DNA from: Flavobacteriaceae bacterium UBA3478
GTDB taxonomy: Bacteria > Bacteroidota > Bacteroidia > Flavobacteriales > Flavobacteriaceae
Direction: 5' to 3'
NCBI GenBank assembly: GCA_002381155.1
Contig: DFQX01000087.1
Location: forward strand, 1,435-65,434
Length of the DNA: 64,000 nt
The notes beneath the pieces were generated by a model. That model searched no databases and was not told the DNA's origin. It saw nothing but the letters and a program-made list of their open reading frames with translations. Shown here in pieces: positions 8,784 through 16,425 of the stretch. Made by a program: the position numbers and the translations under genes. Numbering within the stretch: position 1 is the stretch's first letter; every line of letters begins with the position of its first letter.

Positions 8784-10517
8784 ATGAAATCTTTCCTTCA
8801 GTTTATTCCAATCCTTCAATGGTTGCCTAATTATAAAAAAGCACATCTTTCAGGTGATCTATCGGCAGGATTAACTGTGGGAATTATGCTTATTCCGCAA
8901 GGAATGGCTTACGCCATGCTCGCCGGTCTACCTCCGGTTTTTGGTTTATATGCCTCTTTGATTCCACAAGTAATCTATGCACTCCTAGGAACTTCTAGAC
9001 AGCTTAGCGTAGCTCCTGTGGCAATGGATTCACTACTAGTAGCAGCGGGCTTAGGAGCGCTTTCACTTAGTGGAATTGAAGAATACACTTCAATGGCTAT
9101 TTTTCTTGCCCTTTTCATGGGAAGTATTCAGTTCTTGCTAGGTATCGTAAAGATGGGATTTTTGGTGAATTTCTTATCAAAACCTGTTATTAGTGGGTTT
9201 ACCTCTGCAGCTGCCTTAATCATCGGGCTTAGCCAATTAAAGCATTTACTAGGAGCGCCTATAGAAAACAGTAATCAAATTCATATTCTATTAGGGAACA
9301 CCGTTGAAGTACTCGATCAGATCAATATCTATGCTATCGTCCTGGGCGTTGCGGCTATTCTAATTATTAAAGCAATCAAGAGATGGGCTCCTAAGATTCC
9401 AGCAGCTTTAGTAGTAACTATCCTTGGAATTGTGATCACCTATGCTTTCAACCTCAGCGAATATGGACTTAATATCGTTAAGGTGGTTCCTTCAGGTCTA
9501 CCAAAGGTTGGGCTGCCAGAATTATCTTTGGATCGCTTAAACGATCTAACTCCTATAGCAGTTACTCTAGCACTTATCGCATTTATGGAGGCCATTTCAG
9601 TAGCAAAGGCAATAGAAGAACGTAAGGGACTTCAAGAGGTGAGGCCGAATCAAGAACTTATCGCGATCGGTATGGCCAATATAGTAGGGTCTATTTTTCA
9701 ATCGTACCCTGTCACTGGAGGATTCTCGAGAACCGCAGTAAACGACCAAGCTGGTGCATCTACACCGCTTTCCTCGATTATTAGTGCGATAATTGTTGGG
9801 CTAACGCTACTATTCTTAACTCCACTTTTTTATCATCTACCCAAAACGGTACTTGCCGCCATTATCATGGTAGCTGTTTTCGGGCTGATTGATTTTGCCT
9901 ACCCTGTTCGACTCCTTAGAAAAAGAAAGGACGAATTTGCTATACTCGTAATTACTTTTCTGACTACGCTAACTATTGGTATTACTGAAGGTATCATCCT
10001 AGGGGTATTAATCTCACTAGGCTTAATGATTTATAGAACATCACAACCTCACTATGCAATTCTAGGAAGGATAAAGGACTCTACCCATTATCGAAATGTG
10101 AAACGATTTGACAAAGAGGTTAGCATCGACCCAGAAGTGCTTTTCTTTCGATTCGATGGCCAATTATATTTCGGAAATAAGGATTATTTCAAAACTGAGC
10201 TTACTCAGGCAGTGGAGTCACATGGCAGCGAATTAAAAGGAATTGTTTTATCGGTAGAGGCGATTAATTATATCGACTCCACTGCTGCTCACATGTTAAG
10301 ACAACTTTTCAGCCAGTTCGAAGAAAGAGGAATTAAGGTTACCATATCAGGACCTATCGGGCCGATTAGAGACATTCTAAAAAGAAGTGAAATCGTTGAT
10401 CTAATAGGAAAGCAGTCCTTCTTTGATAATGCACACGACGCCTTTTTATTTATTAAAGGAGATGAGAATAAAATCGATGAGTATTCTAGAAGAATAGCCT
10501 TAGAATCAAAAGAATAG
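8784..10517 (+). CDS. SulP family inorganic anion transporter with C-terminal STAS domain
   Basis: N-terminal LSGDLSAGLTVGIMLIPQGMAYAMLAGLPP is the SulP signature. A C-terminal STAS-like domain is present (FRFDGQLYFGN...INYIDSTAAHML). Confidence 0.9.
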   Translation: MKSFLQFIPILQWLPNYKKAHLSGDLSAGLTVGIMLIPQGMAYAMLAGLPPVFGLYASLIPQVIYALLGTSRQLSVAPVAMDSLLVAAGLGALSLSGIEEYTSMAIFLALFMGSIQFLLGIVKMGFLVNFLSKPVISGFTSAAALIIGLSQLKHLLGAPIENSNQIHILLGNTVEVLDQINIYAIVLGVAAILIIKAIKRWAPKIPAALVVTILGIVITYAFNLSEYGLNIVKVVPSGLPKVGLPELSLDRLNDLTPIAVTLALIAFMEAISVAKAIEERKGLQEVRPNQELIAIGMANIVGSIFQSYPVTGGFSRTAVNDQAGASTPLSSIISAIIVGLTLLFLTPLFYHLPKTVLAAIIMVAVFGLIDFAYPVRLLRKRKDEFAILVITFLTTLTIGITEGIILGVLISLGLMIYRTSQPHYAILGRIKDSTHYRNVKRFDKEVSIDPEVLFFRFDGQLYFGNKDYFKTELTQAVESHGSELKGIVLSVEAINYIDSTAAHMLRQLFSQFEERGIKVTISGPIGPIRDILKRSEIVDLIGKQSFFDNAHDAFLFIKGDENKIDEYSRRIALESKE

Positions 10518-10522
10518 ACTTT

Positions 10523-10538
10523 TGTAACTTAGGTAACT
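10523..10538. promoter_or_regulatory. Candidate Crp/Fnr-type operator TGTAACTTAGGTAACT, upstream of the PDO-rhodanese gene
   Basis: Same motif, 21 nt upstream of the TAACTTTG -7 box. Confidence 0.5.
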
Positions 10539-10559
10539 CTGCATTAAAAATACTGCTGT

Positions 10560-10567
10560 TAACTTTG
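10560..10567 (+). promoter_or_regulatory. -7 box TAACTTTG (PDO-rhodanese)
   Basis: Matches TAnnTTTG, 21 nt before the ATG at 10589. Confidence 0.45.
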
Positions 10568-10588
10568 ACCTACTTAAAAGTACGCGAC

Positions 10589-12007
10589 ATGAAAATAGAA
10601 CAAATTTATACCGGATGTTTAGCTCAAGGAGCTTACTACATTGAAAGCCAGGGAGAGGTAGCTATTATCGATCCTTTAAGAGAAGTGAAACCTTATCTAG
10701 AAAAGGCTAAAGAGGCTAATGCTAAAATTAAGTACATTTTTGAAACTCACTTTCACGCAGACTTCGTGAGTGGACACTTAAGTTTAGCCAAAGAATCAGG
10801 TGCGCCAATTATTTATGGACCGAATGCCAACCCTAGTTTTGATGCCATTATCGCTAAAGATGGTCAAGAATTCAAGTTAGGAGAAGTTACCATCGTCGTG
10901 CTTCACACACCGGGTCACACCATGGAGTCTACTACCTATTTACTGAGAGATGCTAACGGTAAAGATCATGCTATTTTTAGTGGAGATACATTATTCTTAG
11001 GAGATGTTGGACGCCCTGACTTAGCTCAAAAAGCAGCTGATATGACGCAAGAACAATTAGCTGAGACACTTTTTGATAGCTTGAGAACTAAGATCATGCC
11101 TCTTTCAGATGAAATCACTGTTTATCCTGGTCATGGAGCTGGCTCAGCTTGTGGTAAGAACATGATGAAAGAGACCGTTGACACCTTGGGGAATCAGAAA
11201 AAAATGAATTATGCACTTCGTGTAGATATGACTAAGGCAGAGTTTGTAAAAGAAGTTACCGACGGTCTAATGCCTCCACCTCAATACTTCCCATTAAATG
11301 TGAAGATGAATAAGGAAGGATACGATCACTTCGACGAAGTCTTAGAAAGAGGTTCGACTCCTTTAAGCCCCGAGGCTTTTGAGGATGTTGCTAATCAAAC
11401 TGGCGCATTGGTTATAGATGTTCGTCATCAAGATGATTTCGTAAAAGGACACATCCCACGCTCTATTTTCATCGGTTTAGACGGTAGTTTTGCCCCATGG
11501 GTAGGAGCCCTAATTGCTGATGTCGAGCAACCCTTATTACTGGTTACTCCAGAGGGGCGCGAAGAAGAGACTATTACTCGTTTAGCACGTGTAGGTTTCG
11601 ATAATACTCTAGGGTACCTAGAAGGAAGTTTCAAGTCTTGGAAAAATGCAGGTAGAGAATTCGACACCATTGATACCATTTCTGCTGAGGACTTAAAGTC
11701 AAAACTAACATCTAACGACACTGAAGTTTTCGATGTTCGTAAGGATACAGAGTTCTATGCACACCGTATACCTAATGCCAAGAATACCCCACTAGATTAC
11801 CTCAACGACCACTTGGGTGAATTTCCTGAAAACAAGTCGTTCTTCATCCACTGTGCTGGAGGATACCGTTCGGTAATTGCAGGATCGATTCTAAAGAGCA
11901 GAGGGATCCATAACTTCGTTGATATTACCGGTGGATTTAAAGCAATAGAAGCAGCTGAAATAAAGTTGACAGACTATGTGTGTCCGTCAACGATGCCTTC
12001 GAAATAA
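10589..12007 (+). CDS. Persulfide dioxygenase (MBL fold) fused to two rhodanese domains
   Basis: MBL motif THFHADF plus HTPGHT. The C-terminal rhodanese active-site loop is HCAGGYRS. The middle rhodanese-like domain lacks the Cys. The ATG at 10589 is preferred over the TTG at 10565. Confidence 0.8.
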   Translation: MKIEQIYTGCLAQGAYYIESQGEVAIIDPLREVKPYLEKAKEANAKIKYIFETHFHADFVSGHLSLAKESGAPIIYGPNANPSFDAIIAKDGQEFKLGEVTIVVLHTPGHTMESTTYLLRDANGKDHAIFSGDTLFLGDVGRPDLAQKAADMTQEQLAETLFDSLRTKIMPLSDEITVYPGHGAGSACGKNMMKETVDTLGNQKKMNYALRVDMTKAEFVKEVTDGLMPPPQYFPLNVKMNKEGYDHFDEVLERGSTPLSPEAFEDVANQTGALVIDVRHQDDFVKGHIPRSIFIGLDGSFAPWVGALIADVEQPLLLVTPEGREEETITRLARVGFDNTLGYLEGSFKSWKNAGREFDTIDTISAEDLKSKLTSNDTEVFDVRKDTEFYAHRIPNAKNTPLDYLNDHLGEFPENKSFFIHCAGGYRSVIAGSILKSRGIHNFVDITGGFKAIEAAEIKLTDYVCPSTMPSK

Positions 12008-12030
12008 ACCTAATAATTTCAAGTTTACTG

Positions 12031-12061
12031 CCCTGTGTAACTTTGGTTGCACAGGGTTTTT
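12031..12061 (+). terminator. Intrinsic terminator after the PDO-rhodanese gene
   Basis: Stem CCCTGTG (12031-12037) pairs with CACAGGG (12050-12056), followed by TTTTT. Confidence 0.6.
12036..12051. promoter_or_regulatory. Candidate Crp/Fnr-type operator TGTAACTTTGGTTGCA, upstream of sqr (embedded in the terminator hairpin)
   Basis: Same motif, 21 nt upstream of a TAGCTTTT -7-like box. Confidence 0.4.
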
Positions 12062-12072
12062 CATTTTATCAC

Positions 12073-12080
12073 TAGCTTTT
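12073..12080 (+). promoter_or_regulatory. -7-like box TAGCTTTT (sqr), imperfect
   Basis: 7 of 8 informative positions match TAnnTTTG. Confidence 0.3.
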
Positions 12081-12109
12081 ATCTCAACTTTAACTAAACG
12101 ATAAACACT

Positions 12110-13393
12110 ATGTCAACTTCTTATCAAGTTCTAATTATTGGGGGAGGTACTGCTGGTATCATGGCAGCATCTCGTTTACAGAAATTAGATTCATCACTCT
12201 CAATCGCCATCATTGAGCCTGCCGACACTCACTATTACCAACCCGCGTGGACTTTAGTTGGTGCTGGAGCTTTTGATTATAAAAAAACTGCTAAACCTAT
12301 GGCAGAGGTAATACCAAAAGGCATTTCGTGGGTGAAAGACTTTGCGGTTTCATTCGATCCTGATAACAACGCTGTGAGAACGAAAGAAAGTGGTGACATC
12401 TCCTATGACTACTTAATTGTAGCTCCAGGGCTTGTTATGGAACCTAGTATGATTAAAGGCTTACCTGAAGCTCTTGATAAAGGGGTTGTTTGCAGTAACT
12501 ACACCGATCCAGAGCACACCTGGAAATTGTTACAAAACTTCAAGGGAGGTAATGCGATTTTTACTCAGCCAGCGACACCCATCAAATGTGGTGGTGCTCC
12601 ACAGAAAATTGCTTATCTGGCAGCAGATTATTTGAAAAAGCAAGGACTATCTAAGAAATCTAATGTCATGTTTGCTACCCCGGGTACCGTAATTTTTGGT
12701 GTACCGGTAATCAGAGAAACTTTAATGAAGGTCATTGGCAAATACAATATTAAGTTTCATCCGTACAATACGCCCGTAGAAATCGATTCAAAGAAAAAAA
12801 TCGCTTATTTCCTTGATAAGACTCCAGAAGATCACGCTTGTTTTGTTCAAAAAGAAGGAAGCTCCTTCGGTACAGATAATGTGTTCGGCGCAACAAAAAC
12901 TGAAGATGGTAGAATTGCGGTACCATTCGACTTTCTCCATATTGCTCCACCTCAAGCAGCACCAAAATTTATTAGAGAGTCGGCCCTATCCAATGATGGG
13001 GGCTGGTTGAGCGTTGATAAGCACACCCTACAGCACACCAAGTATGCTAACGTATTTGGATTAGGTGATGTAGCCGGGTTACCGACGGCAAAAACAGGAG
13101 CTGCAATTCGCAAGCAAGTTCCTGTAGTATTAGACAACATCTTACGTTTAATCAAATCAAATACTATCGGTTCTAAATCTTATAATGGCTACTCATCTTG
13201 TCCGTTGGTTACAGGGTACGGTAAGATGGTACTTGCAGAATTTGATTACGACAACAACTTTACTCCAGATCCAAAACTCAAACAAATGCTTGTATTCGAT
13301 TCTTCGAAAGAACATTGGAGATTATGGATGTTGAAAAAGTTCGGACTTCCCTATCTATATTGGAATAAAATGCTAAAAGGAGAAGACGTATAA
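12110..13393 (+). CDS. sqr: Sulfide:quinone oxidoreductase, type II (SQRDL-like)
   Basis: FAD motif IIGGGTAG. HYYQPAWTLVGAG, KCGGAPQK and YSSCPLVTGYGKMVLAEFDY match the redox-Cys regions of type II/mitochondrial-type SQR as I recall them. Confidence 0.85.
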   Translation: MSTSYQVLIIGGGTAGIMAASRLQKLDSSLSIAIIEPADTHYYQPAWTLVGAGAFDYKKTAKPMAEVIPKGISWVKDFAVSFDPDNNAVRTKESGDISYDYLIVAPGLVMEPSMIKGLPEALDKGVVCSNYTDPEHTWKLLQNFKGGNAIFTQPATPIKCGGAPQKIAYLAADYLKKQGLSKKSNVMFATPGTVIFGVPVIRETLMKVIGKYNIKFHPYNTPVEIDSKKKIAYFLDKTPEDHACFVQKEGSSFGTDNVFGATKTEDGRIAVPFDFLHIAPPQAAPKFIRESALSNDGGWLSVDKHTLQHTKYANVFGLGDVAGLPTAKTGAAIRKQVPVVLDNILRLIKSNTIGSKSYNGYSSCPLVTGYGKMVLAEFDYDNNFTPDPKLKQMLVFDSSKEHWRLWMLKKFGLPYLYWNKMLKGEDV

Positions 13394-13403
13394 TTTTTAA
13401 ATA

Positions 13404-13419
13404 TGTAACCTAGATTACA
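13404..13419. promoter_or_regulatory. Candidate Crp/Fnr-type operator TGTAACCTAGATTACA, upstream of yeeE/yedE
   Basis: Same motif, 20 nt upstream of the TATTTTTG -7 box. Confidence 0.55.
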
Positions 13420-13439
13420 CCCACTTACACAGTGTGTTT

Positions 13440-13447
13440 TATTTTTG
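13440..13447 (+). promoter_or_regulatory. -7 box TATTTTTG (yeeE/yedE pair)
   Basis: Matches TAnnTTTG, 20 nt before the ATG at 13468. Confidence 0.45.
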
Positions 13448-13467
13448 AAATGTGAAAAAATGATCCT

Positions 13468-14025
13468 ATGGAATTTATAATGCAACCCTGGGCATGGTAT
13501 GTTTCTGGCCCACTCATCGCTCTCGTAATGTTTTTCCTAATCTTCTCAGGAAGAAACTTCGGTATGTCTGGTAATTTGCGCATCATGTGCGCCGCTCTAA
13601 GTGGAGACAAAGCTTGTGACTTCTTTCGCTTTGATTGGAAAGCTCAGCGTTGGAATTTAGTTTTTGCACTTGGAGCAATTTTAGGGGGCTTCGTGGCCGC
13701 TGAATTTCTAAGCACCGACACATCAGTAGCAATTACAGAGGGTACGATCGAAAAACTAGCCCAGTATGGTTTTACAGACGGTGGCGCCGCCTATCTCCCA
13801 GAACAACTATTCAGTATAGATTCTCTTAGCAACCCCTATACATTACTGTTGCTAGCCATCGGAGGGTTTCTTGTTGGATTTGGTTCTAGATATGCAGGAG
13901 GATGTACTTCTGGCCACGCGATCTCTGGATTAAGCGACCTTCAACTTCCTTCACTCATTGCGGTGATCGGTTTCTTCATTGGAGGTCTCTTTATGGTTCA
14001 TTTCCTATTTCCAATTTTATTCTAA
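13468..14025 (+). CDS. YeeE/YedE family sulfur-compound transport protein
   Basis: Multi-pass membrane protein with the GGCTSGHAISG motif typical of YeeE/YedE. Confidence 0.8.
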   Translation: MEFIMQPWAWYVSGPLIALVMFFLIFSGRNFGMSGNLRIMCAALSGDKACDFFRFDWKAQRWNLVFALGAILGGFVAAEFLSTDTSVAITEGTIEKLAQYGFTDGGAAYLPEQLFSIDSLSNPYTLLLLAIGGFLVGFGSRYAGGCTSGHAISGLSDLQLPSLIAVIGFFIGGLFMVHFLFPILF

Positions 14026-14038
14026 AAACGCTTTATCT

Positions 14039-14452
14039 ATGAAAACACTTAAATATTTAATTACAGGTATCGCATTTGGAGTTATTATGTTCAAATCAGA
14101 AGCGGCTTCTTGGTTTAGAATTTTTGAAATGTTCCAATTTAATTCGTTCCACATGTACGGAATTATTGGTTCAGCTCTTGCTACCGGAGTCATAGGGATT
14201 CAACTTATTAAACGTCTAAAACTTAAATCCTTTTCTGGAGAAGAAATTATTATACCACCGAAGGCAAAAGGATGGAAAAACTATTTGTTTGGAGGTATTT
14301 TATTTGGTTTAGGATGGGGGCTTGCCGGAGCATGTCCTGGTCCAATTTTTACGTTAATTGGAGCAGGTTTCCTTCCACTTATTTTAGTCCTGGCATTTGC
14401 AGTACTCGGCACCTTCGTTTACGGAATTCTTAGACCAAAACTACCTCACTAA
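14039..14452 (+). CDS. YeeE/YedE family protein (second half-size subunit)
   Basis: Membrane protein with GLAGACPGP. It is paired with the preceding gene. The ATG at 14039 (MKTLKYL) is preferred over the overlapping upstream start. Confidence 0.75.
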   Translation: MKTLKYLITGIAFGVIMFKSEAASWFRIFEMFQFNSFHMYGIIGSALATGVIGIQLIKRLKLKSFSGEEIIIPPKAKGWKNYLFGGILFGLGWGLAGACPGPIFTLIGAGFLPLILVLAFAVLGTFVYGILRPKLPH

Positions 14453-14505
14453 AAACTCTTTAATTCATTTTGTTTATTGATTTTAGGAAATACTTAAACA
14501 ATTTG

Positions 14506-14513
14506 TATCTTTG
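14506..14513 (+). promoter_or_regulatory. -7 box TATCTTTG (folE-gpx)
   Basis: Matches TAnnTTTG. Confidence 0.4.
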
Positions 14514-14551
14514 AAGTACTGCGCATCCCTAACAGTGGCGCCGTACTCGCT

Positions 14552-15247
14552 ATGAAAACAGATTCTTTAAGTACCCAAAAAATAAGCAAAAGCCTGTCAG
14601 ACTTTGATTTTGACGAAATTGGAGACGAACATCTTTACACAGGGCTACAAACACCTATGCGTGAAGATGCTTTTGCACTAACTGACCAGCAGAAGAAGGA
14701 GAAAATTGCCCATCTTTTCGAACAGATCATGCATGTAATGGGATTAGACCTTACTGATGATTCCCTTACAGGCACTCCAAAGCGTGTCGCTAAAATGTAC
14801 ATCGATGAGATTTTTTCAGGGCTAAATCCTATGAATAAACCAAGTATCGCCTTATTCGAAAATAAGTATGAATACGGTCAAATGCTTGTTGAAAAAGACA
14901 TTACCTTCTATTCAAATTGTGAGCACCATTTCGTACCAATCATCGGTAGAGCTCATGTAGCTTATATCTCATCAGGGCAGGTTATCGGCTTATCGAAGCT
15001 GAACCGGATCGTTCAGTACTACGCCAAACGCCCACAAGTTCAAGAGAGACTTACTAACCAAATTGGTACCGATTTACAAGAATTATTAGCCACTGAGGAT
15101 GTTGCCGTAATTATTGATGCGAAACACTTATGCGTTTCCTCAAGAGGCATTCAAGACGATACTTCGGCCACCGTTACTTCGTTCTACGGAGGCGAGTTCA
15201 AGAAACCTGAAAAATTAGCTGAGTTACATCGCTATATTTACAAATAA
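14552..15247 (+). CDS. folE: GTP cyclohydrolase I
   Basis: Motifs GTPKRVAKMY, NCEHHFVPI and RPQVQERLT. Confidence 0.9.
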   Translation: MKTDSLSTQKISKSLSDFDFDEIGDEHLYTGLQTPMREDAFALTDQQKKEKIAHLFEQIMHVMGLDLTDDSLTGTPKRVAKMYIDEIFSGLNPMNKPSIALFENKYEYGQMLVEKDITFYSNCEHHFVPIIGRAHVAYISSGQVIGLSKLNRIVQYYAKRPQVQERLTNQIGTDLQELLATEDVAVIIDAKHLCVSSRGIQDDTSATVTSFYGGEFKKPEKLAELHRYIYK

Positions 15248-15780
15248 TGAAACTATTTGATTCGTTAGCTAACACCTTTAAAAAAGTAGATCAAGGAATG
15301 TCCAGAGCAACAGAAATGCCTCTCTTTGAAATACAAACCTTGCAAGGGAGTAAGATCGATTGGAGTAAATTCGATGGCAAGTATTTACTTTTTGTAAATG
15401 TGGCTTCTGCTTGTGGCTTTACCCCCCAATACAAGGGTCTTCAAACACTATACGACACGTATAAAGAACAACTAGAAATTATCGGTCTTCCCTGTAATCA
15501 GTTTGGAGCCCAAGAACCAGGAAATGCCAACGAGATAGCCACATTCTGTGAATTGAACTTTGGTGTTTCATTTACGCTAACTGAAAAAATTTCAGTTAAG
15601 GGAGCAAATCAGCATCCGCTATACAAATGGCTTACCGATGTCAATGAAAACGGAATTAAAAGCAGTTCTGTTAAATGGAATTTTCAAAAATATTTAGTGG
15701 GTCCAGATCGTAAACTGATTGACTACTACTATTCGACTACTGATCCTCTTTCAAAGAAAATTACTCGTCATTTTGAATAA
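15247..15780 (+). CDS. Glutathione peroxidase (Cys-type)
   Basis: Motifs VNVASACGFTPQY, PCNQFGAQEPG and WNFQKYLV. Confidence 0.9.
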   Translation: MKLFDSLANTFKKVDQGMSRATEMPLFEIQTLQGSKIDWSKFDGKYLLFVNVASACGFTPQYKGLQTLYDTYKEQLEIIGLPCNQFGAQEPGNANEIATFCELNFGVSFTLTEKISVKGANQHPLYKWLTDVNENGIKSSSVKWNFQKYLVGPDRKLIDYYYSTTDPLSKKITRHFE

Positions 15781-16180
15781 AAATAAGAAGCCCGATTCGG
15801 TAGTATACAATGAAGATTCAGAACAGTTCGATGCGTTTCTGAAACCGTACTCGACTTCAGTTTCTGCTCCAGTAATAGAACCAACCGATCTAACCGGATG
15901 GAAACAAAAAGGTGCACACAGCGTTAATGCTCGGTTTCAAGCGAGAATTGACGAGCTCAAAACTGCCTATCAAAAAATGATGAAAGAATTAGAAGATAAT
16001 CAGAAGGTTTATCAGGCATCTTTCAAATTTGAACCGGTCATCGGAAAAACGTATCACCTATATCACCATCCAGAGCGCGGACTATTTCTATCGATTCTAT
16101 CCCCTGAAGAATGTCAATTTGACTTTGAAGGAAGTTACCGACTCGATGCGGATCAAACATGGTCTAGAATAGATTCTTAA
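15773..16180 (+). CDS. Conserved hypothetical protein (DUF2452-like); start uncertain
   Basis: The ORF is open from 15719, but the only start candidates are TTG codons at 15719 and 15773. There is no in-frame ATG before residue ~90. The family assignment is from memory of N-terminal ...PDSVVYNE... proteins. Confidence 0.4.
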   Translation: MNKNKKPDSVVYNEDSEQFDAFLKPYSTSVSAPVIEPTDLTGWKQKGAHSVNARFQARIDELKTAYQKMMKELEDNQKVYQASFKFEPVIGKTYHLYHHPERGLFLSILSPEECQFDFEGSYRLDADQTWSRIDS

Positions 16181-16184
16181 AACG

Positions 16185-16211
16185 AAAAAAGGCAGTCAAA
16201 TCAACTGCCTT
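16185..16211 (-). terminator. Intrinsic terminator downstream of tRNA-Leu (weakly bidirectional)
   Basis: Stem GGCAGT (16191-16196) pairs with ACTGCC (16204-16209). On the minus strand it is followed by a run of six T. Confidence 0.6.
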
Positions 16212-16224
16212 ATATGCCTTTATG

Positions 16225-16306
16225 TACCTTGGGTGGGGATCGAACCCACACTTCCGAAGAAACTGGATTTTGAATCCAGCGCGTCTACCAATTCCGCCAC
16301 CAAGGC
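16225..16306 (-). tRNA. tRNA-Leu (anticodon CAA)
   Basis: The reverse complement reads GCCTTGGTGGCGGAATTGGTAGACGCGCTGGATTCAAAATCCAGTTTCTTCGGAAGTGTGGGTTCGATCCCCACCCAAGGTA. It folds as a cloverleaf with a CUGGA/UCCAG anticodon stem, loop UUCAAAA, a long variable arm and a GGTTCGATCC T-arm. CCA is not encoded. Confidence 0.9.
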
Positions 16307-16317
16307 AAAATGCGGAG

Positions 16318-16325
16318 CAAAGCTA
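16318..16325 (-). promoter_or_regulatory. -7 box TAGCTTTG (tRNA-Leu)
   Basis: Minus-strand match 11 nt upstream of the tRNA 5' end. Confidence 0.45.
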
Positions 16326-16391
16326 AGAAATAAATTCACTTTACAGAGCTGATTTTTCGCTTAAGGTTAGGAGTCAGCTGAATAATTTAAC

Positions 16392-16399
16392 TACATTTG
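16392..16399 (+). promoter_or_regulatory. -7 box TACATTTG (prs-rplY)
   Basis: Matches TAnnTTTG, 26 nt before the ATG. Confidence 0.45.
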
Positions 16400-16425
16400 C
16401 AATCCTTTTAAACAAAGGTATTTAG

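Noticed and set aside
10565-10588. N-terminal extensions created by non-ATG (TTG/GTG) starts or a far-upstream ATG in the ORF track: 10565, 13979, 22058, 31714, 42014, 44617, 50557, 55538, 61414 and 62182.
   Set aside because: In each case a downstream ATG gives the canonical family N-terminus. The extension either overlaps the previous gene or contains the predicted -7 promoter box.
13425-13610. A 61-aa minus-strand ORF across the yeeE promoter and start.
   Set aside because: It is antisense to the YeeE/YedE N-terminus and covers that gene's promoter box, and it has no motif support.
15372-15440. Possible selenocysteine (UGA) in the glutathione peroxidase active site.
   Set aside because: The active site reads VASACGFT with an ordinary Cys codon and no in-frame UGA, so this is a Cys-type enzyme.
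16181-16425. The tRNA-Leu locus as a possible integration hotspot or genomic-island border.
   Set aside because: There is no integrase, no duplicated tRNA 3' segment that I could see, and no compositional shift. Both flanks are housekeeping genes.
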